From an uncultured Acidobacteriota bacterium (GTDB taxonomy: Bacteria; Acidobacteriota; UBA6911): DNA of 54,671 nucleotides. The stretch's first letter is position 1. Each line of letters begins with the position of its first letter. The notes below the pieces were generated by a model. That model worked only from the letters and a program-made list of their open reading frames with translations. It had not been told where the DNA came from and made no database searches. Below are positions 29,746-38,971 of the stretch, in pieces. Both the position numbers and the translations under genes were made by a program. Location of the stretch: contig CAYGWQ010000004.1 in assembly GCA_964353465.1 (NCBI GenBank), forward strand, positions 1-54,671, in the 5' to 3' direction.

Positions 29746-30332
29746 GATTTCTCCCTTTGTCTGCCCTGGTTGCCGTTGAGATACGGTGCGAGTTCCCTCC
29801 GAAGGCATTCACGGCCACGATACAGCCTCGACTTGACGGTGCCGACATCCGCGCCTACGATGGATGCGATCTCTGCAAGGCTCTGCTCCTCATATTCGAA
29901 CAGCACCACAACTTCACGCTGGAGCGGCGAGATCTGATCCAGCGCCTTGCGTACCGCGCAGGACAACTCCGCTGCCAGTATTTCCCGAAGAGGTTCTTCA
30001 GACACGCGGGCAGCAAGCATTCCTTCAGACTCCCCCCCGGTTATTTCAATCTCCGACCTGCGAAACCGTTTGAACGCAAGATTTCTTGCTGCTGCGTAAA
30101 GATAGGTGCGGAGCGATCCCAGGCGCGGATTGAAACGGCCCGGATTTCGCATTAGGCTAAGGAAGCAGTCCTGCGTTATATCCTCGGCTTGCTCCGCGGA
30201 CCCGAGCATTCTGTAGGCGAAACGGAATGTAGGATCGCGGTGCCGCTGGTACAGCAGTAGAAATGCCTCTTCATCCCCTCTGCGCGGCCGCTCCATGAGG
30301 CTGTCATCGGAGTTCGGATCCAAGGCCGCCAT
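29742..30332 (-). CDS. ECF RNA polymerase sigma factor
   Basis: GDEEAF..LY.RH....FRFAYRMLG....AEDITQD.F (region 2); SLAEIA..VG..VGTVKSRL.R (region 4). Confidence 0.92.
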   Translation of the reverse strand: MAALDPNSDDSLMERPRRGDEEAFLLLYQRHRDPTFRFAYRMLGSAEQAEDITQDCFLSLMRNPGRFNPRLGSLRTYLYAAARNLAFKRFRRSEIEITGGESEGMLAARVSEEPLREILAAELSCAVRKALDQISPLQREVVVLFEYEEQSLAEIASIVGADVGTVKSRLYRGRECLRRELAPYLNGNQGRQREKS

Positions 30333-30535
30333 CGTGCGCTTTCTCCCAACCAAAGTACGTCTATTATTACCGCGAAACCGACAAAAGATACGGGACTGCA
30401 CAAATAAAGAGCCCGGGAGTGCATTCCGAACGGCGACATCGGAATCATTTTTGGCCTAGCCAGCGCCCGTCCCGACGCCCTTGAGGATTGTTCGTATTAC
30501 TTCCTGGCAACTCCCTTGCCGCTTGGCAAGAACCT

Positions 30536-30620
30536 TTCACCACCAAGACGCGAAGGCGCTAAACCTCAAAAATAACGAGCTGGATGGCCTCATGGTTCGC
30601 GTCTCTGCGTCTTTGCGGTG
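30536..30620. repeat. Degenerate IR element with ~9-bp periodic arms
   Basis: CACCACCAAGACGCGAAGGCGC ... GCGTCTCTGCGTCTTTGCGGTG. Confidence 0.5.
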
Positions 30621-30835
30621 TATTCCATTGGTTACTGCTATGCGGATGGCACGTTTCCGGAGGGCGCAGGGAAGCCCACTTGGGATCCGGAGGGCAAGGT
30701 ACTCACCTTCCCTGTCCGCCTGAAGCCCGGCACCACGTACCGCTTCGGCTTGAATGACGAGGACATGTATGGCTTCCAGGATCGAGGGGGCTCGCGGTTG
30801 CGGCCAATTACCGTAGGTTTTCGCACCCGAGGCGG
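30621..30835 (+). pseudogene. Fragment of an Ig-like (Big_5/SbsA-type) domain
   Basis: TFPEGAGKPTWDPEGKVLTFPVRLKPGTTYRFGLN....GFQD..G..L.P..V.F.T; no proper start and no own stop. Confidence 0.55.
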
Positions 30836-30847
30836 GAAGCTCTCGCC

Positions 30848-33016
30848 TTACCTGGCCTTGAGCCTGAGCACGGTCACCGAGTGCGCCGGCAGCTCAAGTG
30901 TGAAGCTGGGTCCGGCATTGGTAATGATGATCAGCTTGGGAGCGACCTTCCTGGGCTCGGCAACCGAGTTCATGGCGCCGAGCTCGGCGGCAAGGACTTC
31001 GCCCTTCGCCTCTTTCGCAACCTTCTGCACTCCTTCCAGCTCGACCTTGAGGATCTGCGGCGCAGCCTGCACATTGACGAGCTTGAGGATGATGTCGCCA
31101 GTGGCGTTTACACGACTGGCGGTTGCGTAGACGGCATCGAATGGACCGGCCGGCCCCCCGCCCTTGGCTGCGCTGCCGACCGGGGCTGCGCCAGGGGCAA
31201 CCGGCGCCTGCGGGATCTGATCCGCAGTGAGTGTCGGCAGCGGGTCGAGCCTGGCCGGCAGGACAACATCGCCGCGGTGGTTGGAGAACATTTTCTGCAC
31301 GAAATACGCCGGTGAGCCAAAGCTGCCGAGCGCGTCGTACCCGATGAGGTTGATCGACCACTGCATGCCTCCGGGGTTGACGTTGCAGAAAAGCGGCGCA
31401 TAGCAGTTCATAACGACGATATCGGCATTGCGTTCGAGCCCGGTGAGCCAGGCAGCGTCGGCCAATGCGAAGGCCATGTGTCCCGTCGGGCCGCTGCGCG
31501 GGCTGTTGGTCGCCCACTCGCCGACGAAGGTCTTTGTCCCGGCGCGATCGTAGTTGTCGTAGTAGTGCGCCTGCGCCAGGGCAGTGGGAATGCTGACGTA
31601 GAAATGGTCGTCGAGCAGATCGGGCTTGCGCGCGTGATCGTACTTGTCCCTGGAGCGCAGCGACGAGATCACCTGGAGGTTGGGGTACTTGGCCTTGATC
31701 GCATCATAGAACATGGCAAAGCGTCCGGCATAATTTTGCAGGCCGTTATTTAGCCAGTCCTCATTGCCGATCTCGACATAGCGGAGCTCGAAAGGCGCCG
31801 GATGCCCATGTTTGGCGCGCAGCGCCCCCCATGGGGTGGAGGTTGCGCCGGTAATATACTCGATCTCCTCCAGCGCCTCCTGAACAAACGGTTTCAGTGC
31901 ATCGCCGGTGATTGTGGTGCGGCCCTGGTCGAGGTGCATCCCGGCGTAGACGCCGACGATCGGTTCCATGTGCAGGTCTTCGCACCAGTACAGGAACTCG
32001 AGCAGACCCATCCCATCGGTGGAGCGGTAGGTCCATGGACTCATATGCCCAGGGCGTTCTTCGAGCGGGCCGATGGTCGCCTTCCAATTGAAACGGTTGT
32101 CAAAGTCGCGGCCTTCGAGGTAGTTGCCGCCGGGGAAGCGGAGGAAGCTCGGCTTCATGTCGGCGAGCTTCTCCATGATGTCGAAGCGATTGCCGTTGGG
32201 GCGGTTTTTGTACGTCGGCGGAAAGAGAGACACGAGGCTGAACCAGAGTGAACCCGGGTTGGAGGCAGAGAGCACAAACCTCGCATCCGCCGTCGCCTGG
32301 ACCTGGCCTGTCTTGATCTTCAGCGTGTATTTCTTCCACGTGCCGGTAACCGCGCGGACCTCACCCGAGGCGTACACTGTACCGTTGTTGCCTTCGATGG
32401 CAACCGTCAGCGGGCCCTGGAAACCCTGGCCGGCTCGAGCGTAGAACGAAGCGGTGTAGGTGGTATTCGGCTTCACCGGGATGCCCCAGTATCCGTCATT
32501 GGCGACACCAACGCGTTGGCCCGCAGCGACGGACATGATGTCAAGCCGCAGGCTGTTCTTCAGGGCAATTGTGTTGACGGGGTAGTTGGCATCAATGTCT
32601 ATGTCGCCGGCCGCACCGTTGCTGGTGACGAGCCACCAGTTGATCAGGTTCGGATTCTTCGCGACGGCCGGATTGGATCCCGGAGGCAGCGGGGCCGGCG
32701 CGGCTCCCTGGGCACCGGCCGGGCTCGTTGCACCACCGCGCGCACCGCGCGGCACGATGGGGCGGTCCTGGAAAATGCGGTTGCGGATCAGCTCCCCGTA
32801 AAGGCCCCCGTCATAGGAATAGTTGATCTCTTCGGTCATCAAGCCGTAGAAAATCGGATCGATCTTCGGCCCCGGCTGATCAACCCGCACGGTAAGCGTG
32901 ACCGGATCGGACAATGCAAAGCTTCCCAGCGCAAGCATCAGCATCACGCCGGCGACCGGTGCCAGCCGGCTCCGCAGTCTGTGCGATCCACGAATACTAA
33001 CGGTTTGGGTTGGCAT
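30848..33016 (-). CDS. abfA: Secreted alpha-L-arabinofuranosidase (GH51)
   Basis: YGLMTEEIN.S.DGGLYGEL, FLRFPGGNYLEG, YVEIGNED, DDHFY, FVGEWA, CYAPLF. Confidence 0.9.
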   Translation of the reverse strand: MPTQTVSIRGSHRLRSRLAPVAGVMLMLALGSFALSDPVTLTVRVDQPGPKIDPIFYGLMTEEINYSYDGGLYGELIRNRIFQDRPIVPRGARGGATSPAGAQGAAPAPLPPGSNPAVAKNPNLINWWLVTSNGAAGDIDIDANYPVNTIALKNSLRLDIMSVAAGQRVGVANDGYWGIPVKPNTTYTASFYARAGQGFQGPLTVAIEGNNGTVYASGEVRAVTGTWKKYTLKIKTGQVQATADARFVLSASNPGSLWFSLVSLFPPTYKNRPNGNRFDIMEKLADMKPSFLRFPGGNYLEGRDFDNRFNWKATIGPLEERPGHMSPWTYRSTDGMGLLEFLYWCEDLHMEPIVGVYAGMHLDQGRTTITGDALKPFVQEALEEIEYITGATSTPWGALRAKHGHPAPFELRYVEIGNEDWLNNGLQNYAGRFAMFYDAIKAKYPNLQVISSLRSRDKYDHARKPDLLDDHFYVSIPTALAQAHYYDNYDRAGTKTFVGEWATNSPRSGPTGHMAFALADAAWLTGLERNADIVVMNCYAPLFCNVNPGGMQWSINLIGYDALGSFGSPAYFVQKMFSNHRGDVVLPARLDPLPTLTADQIPQAPVAPGAAPVGSAAKGGGPAGPFDAVYATASRVNATGDIILKLVNVQAAPQILKVELEGVQKVAKEAKGEVLAAELGAMNSVAEPRKVAPKLIIITNAGPSFTLELPAHSVTVLRLKAR

Positions 33017-33213
33017 ATGATATTTCCTTTCCGGCAATCAATTGGTGAAGGGTCCCCTTCGCGGAGAGGCCATTTTATTACGGAACCATGGATCTACGTA
33101 ACACATGAATCCCTTTGCGTATGTTACGTGGTCATTGTATCGGACGCATTCTCAGGAGTCCTTTCCGGCCCGGCAAGGATTGGCGCACAAGGCCTTGCAT
33201 ATCTGCCTGCCCA

Positions 33214-34590
33214 TCAAATGCGCAACTCTGCGTTTTGGTTTTTGAGCAGCTTCTGAAGCTCCTTCACGTTCAGTTTGCGGGGCGAAACTCCCTTCATGGC
33301 TGCCAGCGCCGCTGCACAACCGGACGCATGGCCCACCGCCATCGCCGGCGCCATCGAGCGCGCCGACTGGAACGGTCCCTGCTCACAGGAGATACAGCGT
33401 CCTGACAGCACAAGCCCCTCTACCTTCATCGGCACCAGTGAGCGATAGGGAATATCGAAGCCCTCGTGCCTGAAGAAGTAGCGCTGGCCATGATACTCGG
33501 GCATCGGGTTCGAACTGATGGCAATGACATCGGGAAAGTGAATGCCTTCGATCGCATCCTTTTCGGTTACGGTATATTCGCCGATGATCCTGCGCGTTTC
33601 CCTCACCCCTATGGTTGTGGCCGTCTGCGCAAGGTAGATCGACTCTCCCGATTTCTTCCGCAGTGCCTGGACGTCATCCCAGAGTTTCAAGCGCGCATCG
33701 ATCTCCGCCTTCGTCAAAGTCTCAACATTCGTTCCATCACCCGCAACGCGAGGTCCCCACCGCACTACATGGTCGCCTTTGCGCATGCCACCGAAAGGAC
33801 CCTGGATCGTGGCGGGCACGCCGCCGAGACCATACATCAAGCTCATCCCCATGCGATCGCCCGTGGCCGCAGGACTCATGAAAGGCGCGCCGGCGGCGGC
33901 TGCGAGGTCGCCATCCCCTGTGCAATCAATCACGACATCCGCGACGATGGCCTGCCTGCCGGATTTGGAATGCACGACGATCCCGGACACACGGGAACCT
34001 TCGAGCATCGGCGCAACAATCCAACTGTGCAGGCGGAGCTTGACCCCTTCCTTCCTGAGCAGGTTCAGGCAGGCAATCTTGGCAGCCTCCGCGTCGAACG
34101 GGACCGTGTAAGGGATGTCTCCCTTGGTGACATCATGCTGGACCGATCTTTCGTAATTATCACTATCGGCAACACCACCCAGCCTGACCAATTCTGCGAT
34201 GTACTCGGCCGGGATTCCCTTTACGGTCTGCAGAGCTTCCGGCGCTCGCTGGTTGCGGAAGCCGTTGTAGCAGGTCATCAGCCCGGCGGTGCCGTTGCCT
34301 CCCAGAAATGCGTACCGCTCAACAAGGAGCGTGTCTGCCCCGCTGCGGGCTGCCGCCAATGCAGCAATGACGCCACTTGCGCCGCCTCCAGCAACAACCA
34401 CCTGATGGCGTGCCACGATCGGTGTTTCGAAGGTTTCGCGATAGCTCCTCCTTGCATCGGCTCCCTGTTGGGGGGGCCGGCCTTGAAAAGCCGAGCAGAC
34501 TCCGGCAGCCGCAGTCCCAAGTGCTGCTTGAACAAAAACACGACGTCCCAGACCTCGAGGCGATTTGGCACCCTGCCTGATGTTTTTCAT
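33214..34590 (-). CDS. FAD-dependent oxidoreductase (FAD_oxidored/PF12831-like) with a twin-arginine-like signal
   Basis: GRRVFV signal; VVVAGGGASG, IDCTGDGD, GVRETRRI.G.Y, IPYRSL.P, GRCIS. Confidence 0.85.
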   Translation of the reverse strand: MKNIRQGAKSPRGLGRRVFVQAALGTAAAGVCSAFQGRPPQQGADARRSYRETFETPIVARHQVVVAGGGASGVIAALAAARSGADTLLVERYAFLGGNGTAGLMTCYNGFRNQRAPEALQTVKGIPAEYIAELVRLGGVADSDNYERSVQHDVTKGDIPYTVPFDAEAAKIACLNLLRKEGVKLRLHSWIVAPMLEGSRVSGIVVHSKSGRQAIVADVVIDCTGDGDLAAAAGAPFMSPAATGDRMGMSLMYGLGGVPATIQGPFGGMRKGDHVVRWGPRVAGDGTNVETLTKAEIDARLKLWDDVQALRKKSGESIYLAQTATTIGVRETRRIIGEYTVTEKDAIEGIHFPDVIAISSNPMPEYHGQRYFFRHEGFDIPYRSLVPMKVEGLVLSGRCISCEQGPFQSARSMAPAMAVGHASGCAAALAAMKGVSPRKLNVKELQKLLKNQNAELRI

Positions 34591-34906
34591 GGCGATTCTC
34601 CTGAGTGTAGCCAATCCGAAGATTTGGTGTATGTGTTGCCGGTCATTTGTAGCTCGTATGACACAAGATTGGCAACCTAAATGCGCCCACGCTGTGTTAA
34701 GACGAACTGGAAACGATGACAACCATAATCCCAATTTTGGTTACCGGCGCCTCAACCTCGAAATTCAGCCCGCCTTAAGAGAGTGCAGAAATCTGTGACG
34801 TTTCTTCGCGGATCTGGCTAATCCCTGCGGCGCTGTTTGCGACCGGCATTCCAGTCGGGCCGCCTCCGATAGCAGCCATTGATTCAGCTCCAACCGCAAA
34901 TCCGGG

Positions 34907-35173
34907 TTACCTGCCGGGCACGGCGGTCATGAAGGAGAGGTTGTCGGAGCCAAAGATCTCCGTCGCCAGCAGCGGCGCAGCGGATCGAATCTCGATCCTC
35001 CCTGCCATTACTCCATTCGTGGCCTGGATCCATTGATACAGCAGGGAAACACGCTGCTCTCCGGGGTCGAGGTCGGCCTCGTAGGTTCCCAGAGAGCGTC
35101 CCTCGGCATCCAGAGCTTCCACTCTAACATGGTTGGCTGCGGCGCCGACATTGGTTATGCTGAGGCCGCTCAA
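34907..35173 (-). pseudogene. C-terminal fragment of a larger secreted beta-sandwich protein
   Basis: GLSITN...V.VEA....G..LG.....L.PG.Q...LL.QWI...G.I.I.S..P....EIFG; no SD or signal peptide. Confidence 0.5.
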
Positions 35174-35322
35174 GCAGCCGCTTCCGGTCCTGCACCCGCC
35201 ATGCTATCCTGTGATTCCATAAGCCAGGCCTATTCCCGACCGCCTGTCAGGGGTGTGCGCAAACAGCCGACGGGACAGCATCCAACGCATTTGCGGCAAC
35301 ATAATTCCAGGGAGATCCTACC

Positions 35323-35883
35323 ATGGCGAAAAAAGTGCTCTCCGCCGGTATTGGGGGCGGAATCGTTATAGTGGTATGGCTGTTTGCGTCTAATGCCATA
35401 CTGCCATACAAGGGCAACATGATCCATAAGATCGCGCCGAACCAGCTGGCCATCCACCGCGTGCTCAAGGAAAACATTGCCGAGCCCGGCACCTACACAT
35501 GCCCGTACCTTGGCCCGGAGGAAGAGAGCCTGCTGCCGGATTACAGAAATCAGCCTGTCTACTCCATTATCTATGAGGGCTACAGGCACAGTGGCGCAGG
35601 TGCGCCGCCGTTTCTATTTCCCATCGTTATACCCTTTGTCGTAGCGTTGGCGGCATCCTGGATGCTGTCGATGACCTCGGAGAAGATCCTCTCGAGATAT
35701 TACAGGAGATTCCTGTTCGTAGCGCTGCTCGGCGGGATCATTGCCCTGTACGACGATATCCTGCAGATCAGTATGGGTCCCCAGCCCGATGACTACCAGA
35801 TCTTCCTGGCCGTGAACAACGTCATCACCTGGGCTCTGGCGGGTCTGGTGATCGCCTGGCGGGTGAAACCCGTAGCCCGCTGA
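35323..35883 (+). CDS. Hypothetical membrane protein
   Basis: 186 aa, about 4 TM segments, SD GGGAG. Confidence 0.75.
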   Translation: MAKKVLSAGIGGGIVIVVWLFASNAILPYKGNMIHKIAPNQLAIHRVLKENIAEPGTYTCPYLGPEEESLLPDYRNQPVYSIIYEGYRHSGAGAPPFLFPIVIPFVVALAASWMLSMTSEKILSRYYRRFLFVALLGGIIALYDDILQISMGPQPDDYQIFLAVNNVITWALAGLVIAWRVKPVAR

Positions 35884-35933
35884 AGATCCGCAGAGCGCAG
35901 CCTGTCCCGAATTTCAGGAGATTGGATCGGATC

Positions 35934-36323
35934 ATGAAGATCTTTAAAGCTGGCGGCTTCTATTTCGCACTCGTGTTCGGGGCCGGCTTTGTGCTCGGGC
36001 CCATTCGCATTCTGGGGGCCGTCCCGCGTTTCGGCACGAGGATGGCCGAGTTGATGGAATCGCCGATCATGCTTGTGGTCATCGTGGCCGCAGCGCGGTG
36101 GATTGTGCGACGTATGTCTGTGCCGCCCACCGTGGCCAGCCGGCTCGGCATGGGTTGCATCGCGCTTGCGCTAATGCTGGCTGCTGAGTTCCTGTTCGTG
36201 CTCCGGCTCCGGGGCCTCTCGATCAGCGAATACCTGGCAACCCGCGACCCGGTGTCCGGCACGGTCTACTATATGATGCTCGTATTGTTTGCTGTCATGC
36301 CGCTGCTGGCGGCGCGAAAATAA
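35934..36323 (+). CDS. Hypothetical membrane protein
   Basis: AG..YFALVFGAGFVLG.IR...P..G.R.AEL.E.P; about 4 TM segments. Confidence 0.75.
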   Translation: MKIFKAGGFYFALVFGAGFVLGPIRILGAVPRFGTRMAELMESPIMLVVIVAAARWIVRRMSVPPTVASRLGMGCIALALMLAAEFLFVLRLRGLSISEYLATRDPVSGTVYYMMLVLFAVMPLLAARK

Positions 36324-36437
36324 GCCCCCGACAGTCCCGATTCTCTCGCCGGAGGCGAAGGCACCTGTTTGTCACGTGGCTGCATGAGATATGTTTGTTG
36401 CCTGCCATTGAAAAGTTTGCAGAAGGAGGATACGCCG

Positions 36438-36836
36438 ATGTCGAGTAATTCAGCGACAAATCGCGGGAGCACGCAATCAGGCCCCCACCTGATCGTGGGT
36501 GGTTTTGCCACGCTCGCCTTTTTATGGATTGCCTTTCTAGCCTTCGATGACATCACCACGGATAACGCAACCAGTTTCACGCTGGAATACACCTTCCTGC
36601 TGGCATGCGCAGTCTGGGGCCTTTTTGTGTCGGCCAAACTGATCCGGAGAGGAAACCACATCCTGGGACTGATCTCGCTCTTCATGCTGGCAGGAGCAGT
36701 TTGGGGACAACGCAAGGTTGGACCCGGCACGGTTCCGAGCTGGCAGCTCGAATACCTGGCGACACTGGCCGGGATGCTCTGGTTCCTAGTGCTTTCTGCG
36801 ATTCTGGTGGCGATGGGTTTCAGATGCCATAGGTAG
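36438..36836 (+). CDS. Hypothetical membrane protein
   Basis: SD AAGGAGG; about 4 TM segments; AFDDITTDNA loop. Confidence 0.72.
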   Translation: MSSNSATNRGSTQSGPHLIVGGFATLAFLWIAFLAFDDITTDNATSFTLEYTFLLACAVWGLFVSAKLIRRGNHILGLISLFMLAGAVWGQRKVGPGTVPSWQLEYLATLAGMLWFLVLSAILVAMGFRCHR

Positions 36837-36959
36837 GCAGGCGACAGGGCATAAGGGCATCGAACAGAGCGGCGCAGTCGAATTCAGCAAACGAACCACG
36901 AAGACTCCAAGACCTCAGAGAACCAAGAGCTGCATGAAAAGCGGGCCGCAAATTTTTTC

Positions 36960-37003
36960 TTGACAAGATAAATTAAAAGCTATACTGTGTATATTGAATA
37001 TAC
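36960..37003 (+). promoter_or_regulatory. Sigma70 promoter and YtrA-type operator
   Basis: TTGACA (36960-36965), 17 nt, TACTGT; palindrome GTATATT-G-AATATAC (36989-37003) in an AT-rich island. Confidence 0.7.
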
Positions 37004-37024
37004 TAACTAGGTTAGGAGGCGGCC

Positions 37025-37396
37025 TTGTTCATTGCCCTATCGCCGAGCCATCCGGATCCAATGTACAAGCAGGTCACGGATCAAATCAAGAACGCAATTG
37101 CCTCGGGTGATCTGAAGCCGGACGAGAAACTACCCTCGGTCCGCGAACTCTCCGAGGCCCTCAAGATCAGTGCCATTACGATCAAGCGTGCCTATCTGGA
37201 TCTGGAGAATGAAGGCTATATTTTCACTCGTGCCGGCATGGGTTCTTTTGTAACCGAGATTGATCGGAGCCGCCTGCGCCACGAGAAGCTCGCGGAATTC
37301 CGGACCGAGTTGACGCAAATTCTCGGAACGGGCGCCAAATTCGGCATATCGGCCGACGACATTGTGCAGCTGATCCGTCAGATCCAGGAGGACTGA
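37025..37396 (+). CDS. ytrA: GntR (YtrA subfamily) transcriptional regulator
   Basis: P.YKQV.DQIK..IASG.LKP.EKLPSVREL...TIKRAY..LE.EG; short C-terminal domain; precedes ABC genes. Confidence 0.88.
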   Translation: MFIALSPSHPDPMYKQVTDQIKNAIASGDLKPDEKLPSVRELSEALKISAITIKRAYLDLENEGYIFTRAGMGSFVTEIDRSRLRHEKLAEFRTELTQILGTGAKFGISADDIVQLIRQIQED

Positions 37397-37397
37397 A

Positions 37398-38270
37398 ATG
37401 CCCCCCATTCTGGAAGCGAGGAGCCTCACCAAGCGATACCATGACTTCACACTGAGGGATATTTCCCTCGAGATTCCCGGCGGCTGCATCGTGGCTTTCT
37501 TCGGACCCATTGGGGCCGGCAAGACCACCCTGATGAAGCTCCTGGCCCGTCAGATACCGGCAAGTTCCGGAACTGTCCGGGTCTTCGGTCTGAGCTATGA
37601 CGATCGGGAAAAAGAAATCAAGAACCGGATCGGATACGTCCCGCAGGAACCGAGCTTTTACGTCGACAGGTCCGTCGGATTCAATGCCCGCTTCGCCGCA
37701 CCCTTCTTCGAGCGCTGGGACGGCGGCGCATTTTACCGGATGCTCGACGAGTTCAAGATCAGCCGGGAAAAATCGGTCAAACACCTGTCCAGGGGGCAGA
37801 AGACGCTCTTTTCGATTGCCCTCGCACTGTCGCACGAAGCAGATCTTCTCATACTCGACGAGCCGACGGCGGGCCTGGACATTGTATTGCGCTGCACGAT
37901 TCTCGACCGCCTGCGGCAGTTCGTCGCCGACGGGGATCGGACGGTCGTGGTGGCATCCCACATCACCGATGGCCTCGAGGAGATCGCCGAGTACGTCAAC
38001 TTCCTGGACGAAGGGAAGCTTGTGTTTCAGTCCGAGAAGGACGAGCTGCTGGCCCGGTGGAAACGGGTTCATTTCAGGGAAGGGGCTCTCAGTCCCGACC
38101 TGGTCAGGCAATTCGTCGATGTCCGCGAGCAGCCCTTCGGCAACTCGGGACTCACCCGGGACTTTTCCGCCATGCGCGAGCAACTGGCGCCGGGAATCGC
38201 CGCCGGCGACGTCAAGGTGGAGAACGCCCGTCTCGATGAAATCCTGATCGCAATGCTGAAAGGAGAGTGA
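37398..38270 (+). CDS. ABC transporter ATP-binding protein (YtrB-like)
   Basis: GPIGAGKTT, LSRGQK, LILDEPTAGLD, ASHI. Confidence 0.9.
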   Translation: MPPILEARSLTKRYHDFTLRDISLEIPGGCIVAFFGPIGAGKTTLMKLLARQIPASSGTVRVFGLSYDDREKEIKNRIGYVPQEPSFYVDRSVGFNARFAAPFFERWDGGAFYRMLDEFKISREKSVKHLSRGQKTLFSIALALSHEADLLILDEPTAGLDIVLRCTILDRLRQFVADGDRTVVVASHITDGLEEIAEYVNFLDEGKLVFQSEKDELLARWKRVHFREGALSPDLVRQFVDVREQPFGNSGLTRDFSAMREQLAPGIAAGDVKVENARLDEILIAMLKGE

Positions 38271-38271
38271 C

Positions 38272-38910
38272 ATGTTCACCATCGCCCGCAAGACGTCCTT
38301 TTTCTATTTCACTCACCTGGTCTCGTTCTGCGCGCCTGCATGGCCCGCCCTGCTGAAGGGCAAGGGAGGGATCATCTCCATGTTGGCGTTCTGGGTTCCC
38401 TTGTGGCTCAGCAGTTCGGTCCTGTGGAGCGAAAAGCAGGAGTCGTACGCGCTCCTGCGAATGCTGCCGGTGACCGACCGGGAGATCGTGCGCGCGAAAT
38501 TCGCCCTCGCCCTCGCAGCCGCATTCCTCTACTGGCTCATTTTATTGCTGTTCAACTGGTGGGCCTGGAGTTCCGCATGGGAGTATCCTTTCTACATGGC
38601 GCTGGCCAATTTGACCTGTGCCATTTCCTTGCCCCTGGCAGCCTGCTGGTACATCTTTTCCTGGCGGTTCGGCCAGTCCGCGCTGACCGTGGGCGTCCTT
38701 GCCTTCATCGTGCTCGCTATCATCCCAACCTTTGCCCTGAATATCGATCGCTGGGATTGGGTCGGCGCGCCGGGAATCGCGGCCGCCCGCTGGCTGGCCG
38801 AGGGGCCGTGGTATCTGCAACTCTATCTCTTCCTTATAGCGCTGGCGGCCTATTACGGGCTCATGCAGGTGGCTGTCCGTGTGAAGCAAAAGAGTGAGGC
38901 GTCTTTATAA
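38272..38910 (+). CDS. ABC-2 type permease
   Basis: EK..SY.LLR.LPVT.REIV.AKF motif; multiple TM segments; operonic spacing. Confidence 0.8.
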   Translation: MFTIARKTSFFYFTHLVSFCAPAWPALLKGKGGIISMLAFWVPLWLSSSVLWSEKQESYALLRMLPVTDREIVRAKFALALAAAFLYWLILLLFNWWAWSSAWEYPFYMALANLTCAISLPLAACWYIFSWRFGQSALTVGVLAFIVLAIIPTFALNIDRWDWVGAPGIAAARWLAEGPWYLQLYLFLIALAAYYGLMQVAVRVKQKSEASL

Positions 38911-38971
38911 ATCAGCTTTGTCCGGAGGTTGAATGGGCATTTTCCGGCCTGATGCCGGAGGGAGGCTTCCC

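Noticed and set aside
35323-36880. Three small co-oriented membrane genes and CATAAGGGCATCGAACAG as an integron cassette array
   Set aside because: No complete attC with RYYYAAC/GTTRRRY ends could be found, and there is no integron integrase.
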